DNA of 64,000 nucleotides from the NCBI RefSeq assembly GCF_009914755.1, contig NC_060948.1; one strand, given 5' to 3'. The notes under the pieces were generated by a model, which searched no databases, had not been told where the DNA came from, and saw only the letters and a list, made by a program, of their open reading frames with translations. This document shows, piece after piece, positions 1-18,560 of the stretch (within the stretch, counting starts at the first letter, position 1; every line of letters starts with the position of its first letter). The position numbers and the translations under genes are program-made. This stretch comes from the human T2T-CHM13v2.0 reference genome, Homo sapiens.

Positions 1-100
1 ATCACTTAAACCTGGGAGGCAGAGGTTGAAGTGAGCTAAGATTGTACCGTTGCACTTCAGCCTGGGCAGTAGAGTGAGACTCAATGTCAAATAAAAAAAT
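1..100 (+). mobile_element. Alu 3' end
   Basis: Right-arm Alu sequence followed by an A-tail. Confidence 0.85.
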
Positions 101-392
101 ACACAATGTATTTGCTTTAGGTATAATCACATATATGTGCAGCCATCAACATACTTTGTTTACAAACATTTTCATGTAAAATTAAGTGAAGAAATATTAA
201 AATATTATATTCCTTTCTCCAGTCACATCTCAATCTTAATGAAGGATTAATTTGTTTTCTGCACGTATAACCTTTTTGTTTTTCTGTGTTCCATTCATTT
301 TATAAGGATATGATAATATTTGGCCATTGGAATTGATGTTATAATGGCTGAAAAGCAGCATTTCAAACATAACTCATCCACTTAAAAAATAA

Positions 393-705
<313 letters not shown>

Positions 706-739
706 TTTTGAATATTTTATCCAAAAATAATATTGGAAT

Positions 740-2490
740 TTAACAGAGGAGTGACATTAAATAGCAAGAATTAGGAAGGAAAAAGTGAAAAGGCAGCCTG
801 CTTGACCAGTAATGGCCAGGAGCTGGGAGTGAATTCCCACTCTCTGGAAAGGGTGAAAAAGCAGCTTTCTGTAGTCTGTGTTTTTGTTTTGTTTTTTGTT
901 TCATCAAGTCATTTTATAATTCAGGCCACAGGACAGCACTTTAACCTTCTCTGTCACTGAATCCAATGTAGAAAGTTTCCAGACTTTGAGAAGAAACTGC
1001 TCCAGAGAGAGAGTTCATCATGAGCCCTGTGTCTTTTGTAAAATATAAGTGGCTATAACAAAGCTACACATTTGTCACTGACTCACCACTACTGTGTGCT
1101 GTCTCAGGTCCCAGAATTGCCCGTTCTAAGCACTAAGAAAATTCAGGTTATTGTTTGTGAAACAGATGCATGGACAGGGTGAGCTCCTGTGGAAGACTGC
1201 AGGAGCTCAATGTGGGCTTAGTCATCAGTGCTAGAAAATGGGTGCCACTTCCAGAACTTAAATGAGACACAGTAGCCATGCAGGCTTGGTTTTAATACAA
1301 TGGCAGGCAGTGGGAAGTTTCTAGCATCCATGAGAAAGTTATAGACTAGGCATGGATTGCTGGGCTATACAGGTCAAACATATCTGCTGTGACAGCTAGG
1401 TCTGAGAAGACCCTGTAGGACTGAGGTGAGACAGAAATGCCTATTTCCCTCTCATTAGCCAAGGCTCTGATTGCTGAAGCTGGCCCCATTGTCTACATAG
1501 AAGCTGCCAATCTTCATCTGAGAATTTAGGCAAGTCTGAGGGACATCTTTCCCATGACCTTCATGGCTGGTGCATGCACTCACCATTAGGGAGACTGAGA
1601 GCAAAATTTTTCAGTTAGGCTCTGCTTGGCTTTGCCCCCATCTACCAAGAAAAAGTACACGGTCTGTGGCCTGGGGATTGTACAACAGAATCCACGAAGT
1701 GAGAAACCCAAGAACATCTCCTGGGGAACTGATGATGGGCCTAAATGCCTGATCACTCAAAATATTCCATCATATTAGCTGGTTCCTATATAAGGGCACC
1801 ATCTGCTGGCCCAGAAAACAAATTAACACCCAAATATCTAATTGCAACCACTGCGAACAAGAGAGCACTGTGCTTGAGATGGAGCAGAATACCTCACCAT
1901 TTCTAACACAATCACTTACTCTATGCCACTGAATCAGGGGCTCAAGAGCCTGCTTACCTGACTAGTTCATCAGTATCGTAACCAACACCTGAGAAAACCA
2001 CCCAAAGGTCCAAGAATTGACCTGCCTGAAACTCTGAACACAAGTGCCAATGTAGGCTACTTTAAGACACAAGGATACACCTCCTTAACCACCATCAGTA
2101 CCACTAAAGCCTGAAGATGGGCTTACCTGGAATTCTAGTACCCAATAAAACTTTATCACAGCCTCCACTAATAACCGCACCCTAACAACCCAAGAATTAT
2201 ATAAATACTATTAACACAGCTTACAGCTGAAGAAATAATGAAGAGATTTCACACCTGCATGCATCTGGAATCAAAGCCAAAGGTTTCTAGTCGACTAAAA
2301 CCATAGACATTTCTAAGAGAAAGATCCCATCTCAACAAAAGTATTTGTTAAAAAAGGAAGAAGGTACTCTTACACCAGGTGCAAAAAATATCAATGTAAG
2401 GACAAAGAACACGTGAAGAAACAGAAAAAAAAAAAAACCACTTCTGATGGAATACAAAACGTTACCAGTAACGTATGTTAACTAAATATA
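740..2490 (+). mobile_element. Old L1 5'UTR / ORF1 start
   Basis: Ends in an ORF1-start-like motif (ccaggtgcaaaaaatatcaatgtaaggaca...). Heavily degenerate; subfamily uncertain. Confidence 0.55.
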
Positions 2491-2499
2491 AATTACTTA

Positions 2500-3335
2500 T
2501 TTTTAATATTTCAACTCCTCTTTTACATGCAGAAGCTACATATTCTTGTATGTTACATGGGTATGTGATGTGCTGCTGAACTGCGTCATATAAATCTCAT
2601 CACCCAGGTAGGAAGTATAGTACCCAAAAGGTAGTTTTCAACACAACTCTCTGCTTGCTTCCTTTCCCCTCTAACAGTAAACAGCGTCAGTTGTTCATGT
2701 GTGCTCAAATTTAAGCTTCAACTTACAAGTGAAAATATGTGGTAGTTGGTCTTCTGTTCCTGAAATAATTTGCTTAATATTATGGCCTTCAATGGCAACT
2801 ATGTTTCTGCAAAGGACATTAATTTTTTCTTTTTATAACTGCACAGTATACAATTGTGTAATGTGCAACATATTCTGTATCTGAACCATCATATATGGGC
2901 CCCTGGATTGATGCAGTGTTCTTTTATATTGTGGACACCATGGTAATGATTATACAAGTTCATGTTTATTCTTGCATAGAAAAATTTTCCTTAGAGTATA
3001 TACCTACAGCAATAAGATTATTGGGTTGAATGTTGGGTTGGTAGCACTATGTTATCTGACAAATCTCCAGACTGCTTTCCACAGTGACTGAACTAATTTA
3101 CATTTACTCTCAAAATGTATCAGTGTTCCCTTTTCTCTGGAGCCTCATCAGGATGTCTTATTTTTTGATATTTAATAATAGTTATTCAGACTAGTGTGAG
3201 ATGGTTTCACATTGTGGTTTTAATATGCATTTATCTGATGGTGAGTAATGATGAGCATCTTTTCTTATCTTTGTTGATCGCTTGTATATCATCTTTTGAA
3301 ATACATGAGTTGTGTGTTTTATGCTTGTTTAAATA
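2500..3335 (-). mobile_element. L1 3' end (old L1PA/L1PB)
   Basis: Antisense 3'UTR and ORF2-tail motifs (gtgagatggtttcacattgtggtttt, ttccacagtgactgaactaatttaca). Confidence 0.8.
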
Positions 3336-4344
3336 TTTTTTAAACATAGTCACCCTGGTGAATCTGGTGACTATGTTCCTTGGAAGTGGTCATCTTGTTC
3401 TAGCCAGAGTTCACTGTATTTCCTAAATTTGCATGTCAACCTATCTAATGAGATTACAGAAATTTTCATGACCTTTATTTATTCTGTCTGTCTTCTGTCT
3501 TAGGAATGACAATAAGTCATAGACTTTGTCTCTTTAAATAATGCCATATTTTGCAGAAGTTCTTATTTTTACTTTAAATAATATTTTATTTATTTATTTT
3601 TTCTTTTAGCTGAATTGATCAGAAGTACGAGCCTTTGCACTCTGAGATTGTTTTTTTTCTGAGATTGGTGTATTCTGCTGTTGGTACTCCTGATTGTATT
3701 ATAAAATTATTTTACTGAATTTGTAGCTCTGAAAATTTAATTTGGTTTATCTTAAAATGATTATTTTAGTTCTTGGTGGATTGATTCTCGGGAATTTTTG
3801 GATTAGTTTTCAGCTTTGTTCTGAATTTTGATTAGCTTCCCTATAATCCATAATGTCTTCTATTTAAGTCATTTCAGACTGGTTAAAAAGTATGGATGGG
3901 AAGCTTATGGTTTTACTGGGAGAGAAGGGGGTACTCTGGCTTTTTGAATTGCACTAGGTTGAATAACACAGGATTATTGCACAGATACATTCTTCTCTGT
4001 GAATGTTGTTATTCCTTTAATTTTGATATTAGTTTGATATTGGCTTTGTTTCTGAATGTTTTATAGAGACAAGGCTCTGTGCAGGGATTTTGTGGCTGAA
4101 TTCTTGTGACTGGTTTCATAGAGGAGTATATTAGCAAAATATTTTTGGTTTTGTAGTTTAGGCTGTGATACAGCTGGTGACATTTAAGAGTAATAGCCAG
4201 CAGATAGGCTTTTACTAAACTTTTTTTTTTTCCCTCATGTTTGCAGCCATGCTCAGTGTTGTGGGAGGCAGGGAGGTGACACCCTCACCATGTCCACTAC
4301 TGGGCTTGGGGAAGTCCCCTACTATTACTGACAGCATACCCACT

Positions 4345-5062
4345 TTTATTTTATTTTATTTATTTATTTAATTTATTTATTTCTTCATGCATTCATTTAT
4401 TTATTTTAGAAAGGGTCTCACTCTAGCCAGGCACGGTGGCTCACGCCTGTAATCCCAGCGCTTTGGGAGGCCAAGATGGGCAGATCACCAGGTCAGGAGA
4501 TCAAGACCATCCTGCCTAACATGGTGAGACCCCGTCTCTAATAAAAATACAAAAAAATCAGCCGGGCGTGATGGCAGGCACCTGCAGTCCCAGCTTCCCA
4601 GCTATTCTGGAGGCGGAGGCAGGAGAATGGCGTGAACCCCGGGAGGCAGAGCTTGCAGTGAACCCAGATGACGCCACTGCGCTCCAGCCTGGGAAACAGT
4701 GCGAGACTCCATCTCAAAAAAAAAAAAAACAACAACAACAAAACAAACAAACAAACAAAAAAAAAACAAAAAACAAAAAACAAAGGGTCTCACTCTGTTT
4801 CTCAGATTGCAGTGCAGTGGCAAGATCTCGGTTCACTGCAACCTCCGCCTCCTGGGTTCAAGTGATTTTTGTGCCTCAGACTCCCAAGCAGCTGAAACCG
4901 CAGGCAGGCACCACCACAGTTGGCTACTTTTTTGTAATTTTAGTAGACAGAGTATTTCTCCCTGTTTGCCAGGCTGGTCTCAAACTCACTGGCCTTAGTT
5001 GATCCACCCACCTCACCCTCCCAAAATGCTGAGATTACAGATGTGAGCCATAGCACCTGGCC
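4345..5062 (-). mobile_element. Older Alu (host of a nested Alu)
   Basis: Tail at 4345-4409, body resumes at 4797, flanking repeat catacccac. Confidence 0.85.
4425..4781 (+). mobile_element. AluY-like inserted into an Alu
   Basis: Perfect 15-bp TSD aaagggtctcactct at 4410-4424 and 4782-4796; tail has decayed to (CAA/CAAA)n. Confidence 0.92.
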
Positions 5063-6223
5063 CATACCCACATTTCTTCTGTTATATGTTTCAGTCTGTG
5101 AGGCTCCTTTGGAAAGAGTCAATGACTGGGAGATAAGTCACACTTTTTCTGTACTAGCTTTGTGAAGGAAGGCATGTTATGCTCCCACACCAGCCCATGA
5201 TGAATAAATCACCCTTGTCAGTTCTCCAAGAGTGTGGACTCTTTCCCAACTTATCTGCCAGCTGTGATTCTCAACATTCCTGAGCTGCGTGCTGCAGCCC
5301 TTTGGTGCCAGGTTAGGCATATGGCTTTATTATCCATATGTTTGAAACACAGTTCCCATGTTCCAGGTGCACTGAGAGATCTAAAGTGCTCCAAGACTGC
5401 AATGAAGGAATATACCTTCTATGTGCATCAGAAGCTGTGCTGTGCACTCAATCCTGGTAAGGAGGTATGGCTCCTGGGAGGCACTGGGAGGTAGGTGTGC
5501 CTGCAAAACAGACATGCCCAAGTCCTGCAGGGAAGCTGGCTTTACTTTCTTTTATACCTATATAGCTAGGGCTAGGTTTTCTCTAAGAAATGTGAAGCGC
5601 TTTCAGGGAATGGACACCTATGACTGCACAGTGAGCTGCTCCACACACAAAGGCTCTGCGCTGGCTGAAGCATTGCTTTTCTTACTCTCTGGGAAGATTA
5701 CTTTGCCAGCTCAAATGTTCTTAGGGGACATGTTGTCCCCAGGACCTAGAATCCCAGTGCTCTAGGGAAAGAGTTGGAAATTCCACAGCTTTTTCACTCA
5801 CCAATTTCCCCTGAGAAATTTAGGACAAAGAACTTCCCCGAGCATTCAAGTTTCTCATAGTGGGTTCCTAGCTTGTTCCTTCTAGAGCATTAGTGTGTGC
5901 ATCATATCTCCATGCACTCTCCACATTTTCTTTCTAAAAATCTGTACAAATTATGTTTGTTTACTTGGAATGTTGGTGTCTACTAATGGGAAAAGAACTT
6001 TCTGGCTGCATCAAATTGTTCTTCTTGCCCCTGAAGTCTGAAAATAAATTCCTTAAATTACACATAAATAATTCACAGTATACATTTTTTAAAAGCTCAA
6101 GGAAAAGCAATAGTAAACTGAAATCAGAATTTAGAGAAACACAGTTATACAATAAAAAATTTTCAAGGAGATACATATTTTTAAAAAATAAAAGTAAACA
6201 ATTATGGAGATGAAAAATGTATT

Positions 6224-6537
<314 letters not shown>

Positions 6538-7921
6538 CTACTGAGCATACAAAATACATTAGAAACTTTTAATAATAGACTAGATATAGCAGAAGAAATA
6601 ATCTTAGAACTTGAAGACATATCTACTAAAATAATCCAGTCAGAAAAATATGAAGAAAAACTATTAAAAATGTTTAGCACAGGCTTTGAGTCATTTGGGA
6701 CAACATAAAATGACCCAATGTAGAAACAATCATTATTTATAAGAGTGAAAGAAAATTAAAAGGTCCAGAATATTATAGAAATCAAATGTACATGTTAAGC
6801 TAGCCTTGGGAAAATAAAATTTATTGTCAGTTGTTACTCCTGTGACTGACTGAAGACATTTCCATGACACCTTATCTAGTTAAAAAAGCAAAGTAGTATG
6901 TAGACAATCACTCTTTGAACATATTATCTGGGATGGAACAAGGAGTAGAACAGAAAGTAAAGGAAAACTCCATATGCTGGGAGAGATTAGAAGGTCAGGC
7001 AGCCTATGTGGCCAGGACCAGCCAAAACCTGGGAATAAATACTCTATATAGAAGATAGGTGAGTATCTTTTGGCAGCCTACTTTTTAGTTGGATCTTAAA
7101 GTACAGACCATATGACAGCACCGTGATTCCGTCAGCCCCTGAATTTAACTTGAGAAGTCACTGGGAGACAGTGAGTAAAAACTTCTCTGAAAAGCATAAC
7201 ATACTTAGTGACTTGGGTAAGATGCCATTCTTGATCCTAGCAAATTGTGGCTGGTTTTGGGAGCTAGCAACAGCAGCACCTCTTGGCATCAGAAAAACTT
7301 AAGCTGTATATAATGCAATGGGACTCAAGTGGGAAATATGATCCCACAGCCGGAACTAATAAAAAATATGGAGTGGGTTCTAGCCTCTAGCACTATACCT
7401 GGCCTTCCTCCAATTCCACGAGTTGAGCAAAAGAAGAGCTCTTAAGGATGTTTGATGAGTTACCAGCTAATGTCTCCTATGACCCAGGCTATGATGGTGT
7501 ACATCAGCAAACTGCAGTGACTAAATAAATATCCACAATCTTGTCACAGTTGGCTTAGAGGGAATGAAGTCTGCTGGGACTGGGAGGTGAGAAGAAAGCA
7601 GGTTCCATTTCACCAACAAATACTTTGGTGCTGGAAATGCATGCTTTTGTTTGTGATGAGAGCTCAGCCTAGGAGTAGTTGCCTATTGCCCAGACATTTT
7701 GACAGAACAATGAGGACTCTTTCATTTTTAACATCAGGGCTCGTGCCTGCACCTGCCTTTGAGGCCTGATTGCAGGATTTACTAGTCCAGCTATGGATAG
7801 CTTTACCACATTCTCTGAGACACAGTGTGGGATCCAGGCCACTGGTCATTCCACAGCTGAATTCACCCACTGAAATATCCATGCACTTTTCTCAGAGAAC
7901 AGTTGATAGACAAAATCTTAC

Positions 7922-8802
7922 TGTTGTAGTTTTGCCAGTGTAACAAGATGAAGCAGTTTCTCGTTTGTGATGACATCTGGAGTTTTTTGTTCTACCCTCA
8001 AGAAAATTAAGGAGTGCAGAACAGTATAGTGAGGTTGGAGCAAAAGTTAAATAAGTGAAATAAGAAAGTTCTCTGCCAGAAGAGAGGGATTCTTGAATGA
8101 GTTACTCCACATGAGGCTGAGGTTTAGGAATTTTATGAACTGGGAAGGGGAAGGAGGAATGTGCTTAGTCTGCAAGCTGTCCTGGATAGTGCTGACTTAG
8201 CTTGGCCTGGGACCAGTTAAAAACTTGGCCAAAGACCTTGGCCCAGGACAAATCAGAGGCTGAACTGATGATTTATAGACTCTGTTTAGCTTGGCCAGGG
8301 ATCTATTTAGAAGCTGAAGTGAAAGCTTAACCCAGGACCTTGGACCAGAGCCAATCTTAATCCAGAACTTGGGCCAGGGGCTGAAGTGATGCTTTACAGA
8401 GTCTGGGCTCACACTTTGCACAAGAAAGCAAACTATCCATTGAAACCCACTGGAGCCCACTGTGTTTATGATCACAAAATGAGAAAAAACTTCCTGGGAA
8501 CCTACAGATTATACAAAGGATAATGGCATTCTTATGTTAGGTCTTATTTCCTTATCTGAGTGAACAAGAGGTTTGTACAAATTTTTATCTGAATGGGCTG
8601 GGATTTACCGTATTTGTGCAGCCATGGGCATGTCTCCAGGTACAACAGCCTGTGATAGTTTCCTTATGATGCCTGCAGCTTGATTTTTTTTCCAGCCTGC
8701 TTTGTTTCTTGCATGGGGATGAGGAACTGACCCATGGGTTGGGGACTGTCCAGAGTCTCTTCCCTTGTTACCTACCTAAGGCAAACTAACAGTCTCCTTT
8801 CA
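7922..8802 (-). mobile_element. Solo ERV1 LTR, LTR9 family
   Basis: TG...CA ends and 4-bp TSD ttac (7918-7921, 8803-8806). The reverse complement starts tgaaaggaga...ttgccttagg...aatcaagctgcaggca, like recalled LTR9. Confidence 0.8.
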
Positions 8803-9189
8803 TTACCACCATATTAGCAGCTGGCTCTTGTCTTCAATCATTACTTATTGCACTTGAGGCCAGCCCACAAAGCCCACTGTAAAAATTGCTAACACAAGAG
8901 TACAGAATGTGGGAAAAAGGAGAGCTTCTCAAGTCACTGGTAGCACTCTTGCCTGGTCACTCCAACTAATAAAAGGGTTTTACCCAACTCATCCACCAGC
9001 CAAATTGATACTACAACTAGGATTTCACCACATGACAACATTCCACTGAACCACAAATAAAAAGATTGAGAATAAAAAAAATCAACTAGAAAAAAAATTA
9101 AGCATATAATGAAGATAAAACCTCACATATCAATATTAACCTTGAATGCATAATCGCTAAATATTTATAATCCAATTAATAGCTCTATT

Positions 9190-9462
<273 letters not shown>

Positions 9463-9470
9463 ACTGTATT

Positions 9471-9770
9471 TGGTCAGGCACAGTAGCTCACACCTATACT
9501 TCTGGCATGTTAGGGAGGCCAAGGTGGATGGATCACTTTAGTCAAGGAGTTTTAGATGAGCCTGGACAACATGGTGAAAACCCATCTCTACAAATAAAAT
9601 GCAAAAATTAGCAGGGCATCATGGCATGTTCTTGTAGTCCCAGCTAATAAATAGGCCGAGGTGGAAGGATGGCTTGAGCTCCTGAGACACAGGTTGTAAT
9701 GACTAAATAAATATCACACAACAACACTCCTGATTGGGCAACAGTGCCAGACCCTTCTTCAAAAAAAAAA
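9471..9770 (+). mobile_element. Old Alu (AluJ-like) followed by a TA/CA microsatellite
   Basis: Diverged dimer; (TA)/(CA)n at 9770-9807. Confidence 0.8.
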
Positions 9771-9901
9771 TATATATACACACACACATACACACACACA
9801 TATATATTTGAAAAAGTGAATAAAAAATGTTCACTGCCTACAAGAAATTCAGCTTCCCTCTAAAGACAAATATAAACTAAATGTATACAAACAGAGAAAG
9901 A

Positions 9902-10057
9902 TAATCCAAAAAACCTATAAAACAAAAGTTAGCAGAAGTGGCCACACTTAAATGAGAGAAAATTCTTTGAACTTAAAAGTAATCCAAAAAACCTATAAAA
10001 CAAAAGTAAGCAGAAGTGGCCATACTTACATGAGAGAAAATTCTTTGAACTTAAAAG
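9902..10057. repeat. 78-bp tandem duplication
   Basis: taatccaaaaaacctata...ctttgaacttaaaag occurs twice with 3 mismatches. Confidence 0.92.
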
Positions 10058-13000
10058 AGTAAAAAATATTAAAATGTCCATATATAATGATAAGAAATTG
10101 ATTCAGAAGGTGAATAAAACAACTAAGTACACATCAAACACTATTGCTTCTAGATTTATGAAACAGATATTACTAAATAAAGAGATAACAATGCAATACT
10201 ATGGGAAAGTTTAGCACACCACTTAGAGGATTAGATAGACCAGTGAGACAGAAACCCAAAAAGAAAGCCTGAACTTGTTAAATTAAACATTTCACAAAAG
10301 AGACCTAACAGATGTATACAGAAATTATATCAAAAAACTTCTGCAAAATGTAAATTCTTATTAGTACATGCCATTTGATTAAGAGAGATTATATGTTAGG
10401 CCACAAAACAAGTCTTAATAAATTTTAATAATTCAAGATCATATTAATGTCTGCTTTGACCACAGTGTAATAAGCCAAAAATTAATACCAAGAACTTTGA
10501 AAACTGTACAAATACATGAAAAGTAAACAACATGCACTTGAATGATCACTGAATCAACAATGACAATAAAATGATTTTAGCTGAAATAAATTGAAAAGAA
10601 AACACAACATACCAGTCTCTGATAAACTCCAAATAGTATTAATAAAGAAGCTTACACTACTCAGTGCCTACATTAAGAAACAAAAACAATAAAAAATTAA
10701 CAGCCTATTATTGCACCTCAAAAAACTAAAAATAAATAAATAAATAAAAACAAAAAAAACAAACTCAGTGTTAGCAGAATAAAAGACATAGCAAAGATCA
10801 GAGAAAAACTAATAATAGAAAGCAAAAACACAATACCAAAAATTAACAAAATGAAAAGTTGTTTATTTGAAAAGACAAATACAACTAATAAACCATCAAC
10901 TAGAATAACAGAAAAAACAGAAGATAAAAGATGCAAGTAAACAAGTTGAAAATGAAAAAGAAAACATTACAACAAGTGTCACAGAAATAGAAAAGTGTAT
11001 TAAGAGACTGCTATGGACATCTGTGAATTCAGAAACTAAAAAACCTAGAGAAAATGGTTAAGTTTCTGGAAACATGAAGCCTTCTAAAATTGTAACTAGA
11101 AAAAGGAGAAAACCAAAACATATCAAGAATGAGTAGCAAGGTTGAATAACTATTTTTTTTAAAACCCAAAGGGAAGTACAAAAACATACAAATTTACAGA
11201 CAAATTTCAGTAGCCATACAAAGAACTAATGCCAATTTTTCAGAATCTATTTCAAAATTTGAAGAGAAGATACTTATTCTCAGCTCATTCTATGAAGTGA
11301 ATATTATCATCATACTAATACCAGAAAAAGACACACTCATACACACAAGACATGCACAAATCCAAAACAACAAAACATATTCATTATGAGTGTGGCCACA
11401 AAGGTTCTTAACAAAATATCAGCAAACTGAACCCATTGGCACAATAAAAAGAATTATACATTATGAGCATGTGGTTGATATACCAGGGATGAAGGGACAG
11501 TGCATTACATTTAAATCAACAGAAGTAATAGAAATAATAGTTTTCTTTAAAAATTTGCCTATCTTTATAGATAAAAACATTTGATCAAAGGATTTCCTTA
11601 TGAAAAAAAAAACCCTTATCAGACTAGGCTTATACAGAACATACCTCAAAATACCATCTATAATAAACAATCTATAATAAACCAATAGCCAGCATCATAT
11701 TGACTGAGGAAGAATTGAAACTTTATCTGTAATTACTGGTAACAGACAAGAATGCTGATTTTTACCTCTCCTAAAAAACACATTATTGGAAGCCCTAAGC
11801 CATCAGGCAATAGCTACAAATAAAAAGCATTCAAATTGTAAATTACGAAGTGAAATAATTTCTCTTCACTGATAATATGATCGTATATCTGGAATATCTA
11901 ATAAATGAATTCAGTCAATCTTCAGAAGGCAACATTCAAAAATCAGTTTATAAAAATCAGTTGTGTTTCTACATACCAACAACAATCTAGTTGAGAATAA
12001 AATTAAGAATGGATTCTATTTGCAATAGAAACAAAAAATACTTAACTAAAGCAATGAAAGATGACTACAATGAAAACTACAAAACACTAATGAAATAAAT
12101 ATTAAATCACACAAAAATGAAAACACATGCCATTCTCATTGATAATAAGAATTAATATTATTAAATGAGCATAGTGCTCAGAGCAATCTACAGGTTAAAT
12201 TCAACTGTTAAAAAAATATTGATTTTATTTATCACCAAAAGATAAAAATTAATTCAAACATATATGGAAGAAACCAAAAAGAGCATGAATAACAAAATGA
12301 TTCCAAGCAAAAAGAACAAAGTTGAAGACATTACCTGATTTTAAATTTTATTAGCAAGTATAATAAAAATAGTATGGTTTTTATATAGAATTAGACACAT
12401 AATTTAACAGAACAGAATACAGAAGCCAGAAATACAGCCACATATTTCCAGCTATTGATATATATAGTCCACTAATCTTCAATCAATTGGACAAAAACAC
12501 ACACTGAGAAAAATGATATTCTTCTAAATAAATGGTACAGAAATAATTTGATTGCATTATTCAGTGGAAGGACACATGAGATCCCTTTCTTTCGCCATAA
12601 AGGAAAATCAAATCCAGATCAACTAAAGACTAAAATGTGGACACGAACTTACAAATGTACTTGAAAAAAAAGAAAAAACACTCTGAGCATTGTTGTAGGC
12701 AAATATTACAAGATTAAAATCTAAAAAGCATAGGAAACAAAAATAAGTAAGAGCAACTTAAACCAAAAATACTCTGCACATCAAAAGAAATCATCTAGAA
12801 ACTGAACCCACAATTTACAGATTGGGTAACATTTTTCAGTAAATTTTGACAGGGGACTAATTTATGAGAAACTCATATACAATGCCTATATCCCCATTGT
12901 ATCTTGGAGTTAACTAAGTGTTTTGTATTTTTTTTTTTTTATTTTACAAGTTTATAGGTGGAAGAGACTTGCCTTATCTCAGACGAGACTTTGGACTTGA

Positions 13001-13087
13001 ACTTTTGAACTACTGTTGTGATGAGTTAAGAATTCATAAATTTATGAGAAACTCAAGTTCAACAAAAGAATCTTATTAAAAAGTGTG

Positions 13088-15785
<2,698 letters not shown>

Positions 15786-16825
15786 GTGGGCAAATAACAT
15801 AAGCATCCTTTTTCAAAAGAAGACATACAGATTACAAAGAGTAATTTGCAATTTTTAAAGTTAATAATTATCAGAGAAAAACAAAGACATAATGTGATAT
15901 AATCTTACAGTTACCAAATTGCTGTTGTTCAAGGGGCAAAAAAAAATAACTGATGTTCAGAATATGCCAAGAGAACTAGTTTTCTTATATACCATCGGTG
16001 GAAATGGAAATTTGTACAACCTTTATGAGAAACAGTTTGGTGATTTCTCTAAGAACGAAAAATAGAGCTATCATTCCACCTAGCAATTTCACTACTGTGT
16101 AATCAATAAGGAAAATAATAAGTGTTGGTGTAGATGTTGAGAAGGTAATACCTTTGTAAACTCTTGGTGGGAATATAAATTAGCATAGAAATTTTGGAAG
16201 AGTTTTAAGGTTCTTCAGGAAGCTAAAAATATAATTACCATATTATTCAGCAGTTTCACTCTTTAGTATATATCTAAATAAATTAAAAGACTTGTGTTAA
16301 GAGATATTTGCAGTCCCATTTTTATTTCATCATTATTTATAATGGACAACACATGCAAAACCACCCAACTGTCTATCAATAGCTGAATTAATAAAGAAGA
16401 AGTGGTACATAAAAAATGGAATTTTGTAAAGTCATGAAAATACGTTACGGGTGACTATACAAATGTAACTAGAGTACTTGCTGTTAAGTGAAATAAGCCA
16501 GGCACAGAAAACCAAATAGTTCATTATCTCACTTACATATGAAAAATTCAAAAGTTAATCTATAAGAACAGTGAGGAATAAGATAGTTACTGGAGTCTTA
16601 CGAAAGGGAGAGAAATGGATAAAGAAAAAATGTTGATCAGAAAATATAAAGTTGCAATTAGATTGGATGAATACATTTACCAATGTATGACATTGCCTGA
16701 TGACTACCATTAGCAGTAATAGATTGAGGACTTCAAAACTGCTTACCTTGGTTTTTAACATTTTCACCACAAAAATTAAGGAGGTGATCAATATACATTA
16801 ATTATCTCTTTTGAATGTGTTTCTT

Positions 16826-16870
16826 AGATAGATAGATAGATAGATACATAGATACATAGGTAGACAGATA
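16826..16870. repeat. (GATA)n-like STR
   Basis: tagatagatagatagatagatacatagatacataggtagacagata. Confidence 0.8.
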
Positions 16871-17275
16871 TTGAAGCATCACATTTTACTCCATAAATGT
16901 TCACAAGAATTATTTGTCATTTAAAATATTTGGGAAGAATTAAACTGGTTTTAACTTCTGAAACATTGTATCCCTTGAATATTACATTATGCATACTTGA
17001 GAATAATGTGTCTTGTGATTTTCGAAGTTGTTTTATATATAATTTTTACACATTACTTCTACTCATTTTACAGCATTAAGTTATCCAATTTCTTATTGAT
17101 TTTGTGTCTGTTTTTTTCTTATTCATGTCAAAAATTAGTTATGAAGTTTCTATCTCTCATTGCAAAACTTCCTTATATCTCCTTTCAATTTTATGATTTA
17201 CTTTATATACGTTTAATAGCTCTCTTTTGGTGCTCATGTTTCTACTTACAATATCTTATTTCTGTATCAAAAATT

Positions 17276-17315
17276 TATATGTATATATACATATATATAC
17301 ATTGCACAGAAATGC

Positions 17316-17356
<41 letters not shown>
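17276..17356. repeat. (TA)n(TG)n microsatellite
   Basis: Directly visible. Confidence 0.9.
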
Positions 17357-17457
17357 CATAAAATGTTTTATGTCTTTGACTTAAAGTTTATTTTACCTGA
17401 AAATACCAGCCTCCATAAGCTAAGTCTATTTCTTTACACTTTCCATGGGAGGATTGT

Positions 17458-17742
17458 TTTTCTTTTTTGGGGGGGAGTCTAACTTTTGTCACCCAGGTTG
17501 GAGTTGGTGATTATCTCAGCTCACTGCAACCACCCTCTCCCAGGTTCAAGCAATTCTCCTGCCTCAGCAGCCCAAGTAGCTGGAATCACAGGCACCCACC
17601 ACCATGCTTGGCTAATTTTTGTATTTTTAGTAGTGACAGGGTTTCATCATGTTGTCCAGGCTGGTTTCGAACTCCTGACCTCAGGTGATCCACCCACCTC
17701 TGCTTCTTAAAGTGCTGGGATTATAGGTGTGTGCCACTGGAC
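17458..17742 (-). mobile_element. AluS
   Basis: gaactcctgacctcaggtgatccaccc. Confidence 0.85.
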
Positions 17743-18229
17743 TGCTTTTTATTCTTACATGTTATACCTCTTTTTTGTAATTATTTTAAAGGTGATTATC
17801 TTGTGGATAGCATTAAGTATTATTTTTTAATTTTTCCACTGTGTCAATCTTGTTTTTTTCAAGGTATAAAGAGTTTATTATAATAATTATGATCTTATTC
17901 AACTCTTAAAAAGGGTTTATTATAGTAATTATAAGGTCAGGGAGTTCAAAACTCAAGAACTCAGCCTGAAACACCATAGCAGGTAGTTGTCAAAAATTCT
18001 CATGACAGCCACTGTGAATCTCATGTATGCTTATATTTGTTAGTTTCCAACTGCCTCCAGAGAAGTGGTTTCTCCTCTTGGGCCCTATAAATCTCTCTCT
18101 TTTGAAAATTATTTGCCTATTTATATATTGTATACATTTTATGTTTATTTTTACATTTTTAGAGATAGGCTCTCACTCTGTCACCCAAGCTGGAGTACAG
18201 TGATGTGACCGTAGCTCACTGTAACCTAA

Positions 18230-18560
<331 letters not shown>

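Larger units (their letters stand above)
3345..5990 (-). mobile_element. Old L1 ORF1/5'UTR carrying nested Alus
   Basis: Antisense ORF1-like sequence (ctggtgaatctggtgactatg, ctctgagatt...tattctgctgttggtactc). Confidence 0.6.
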
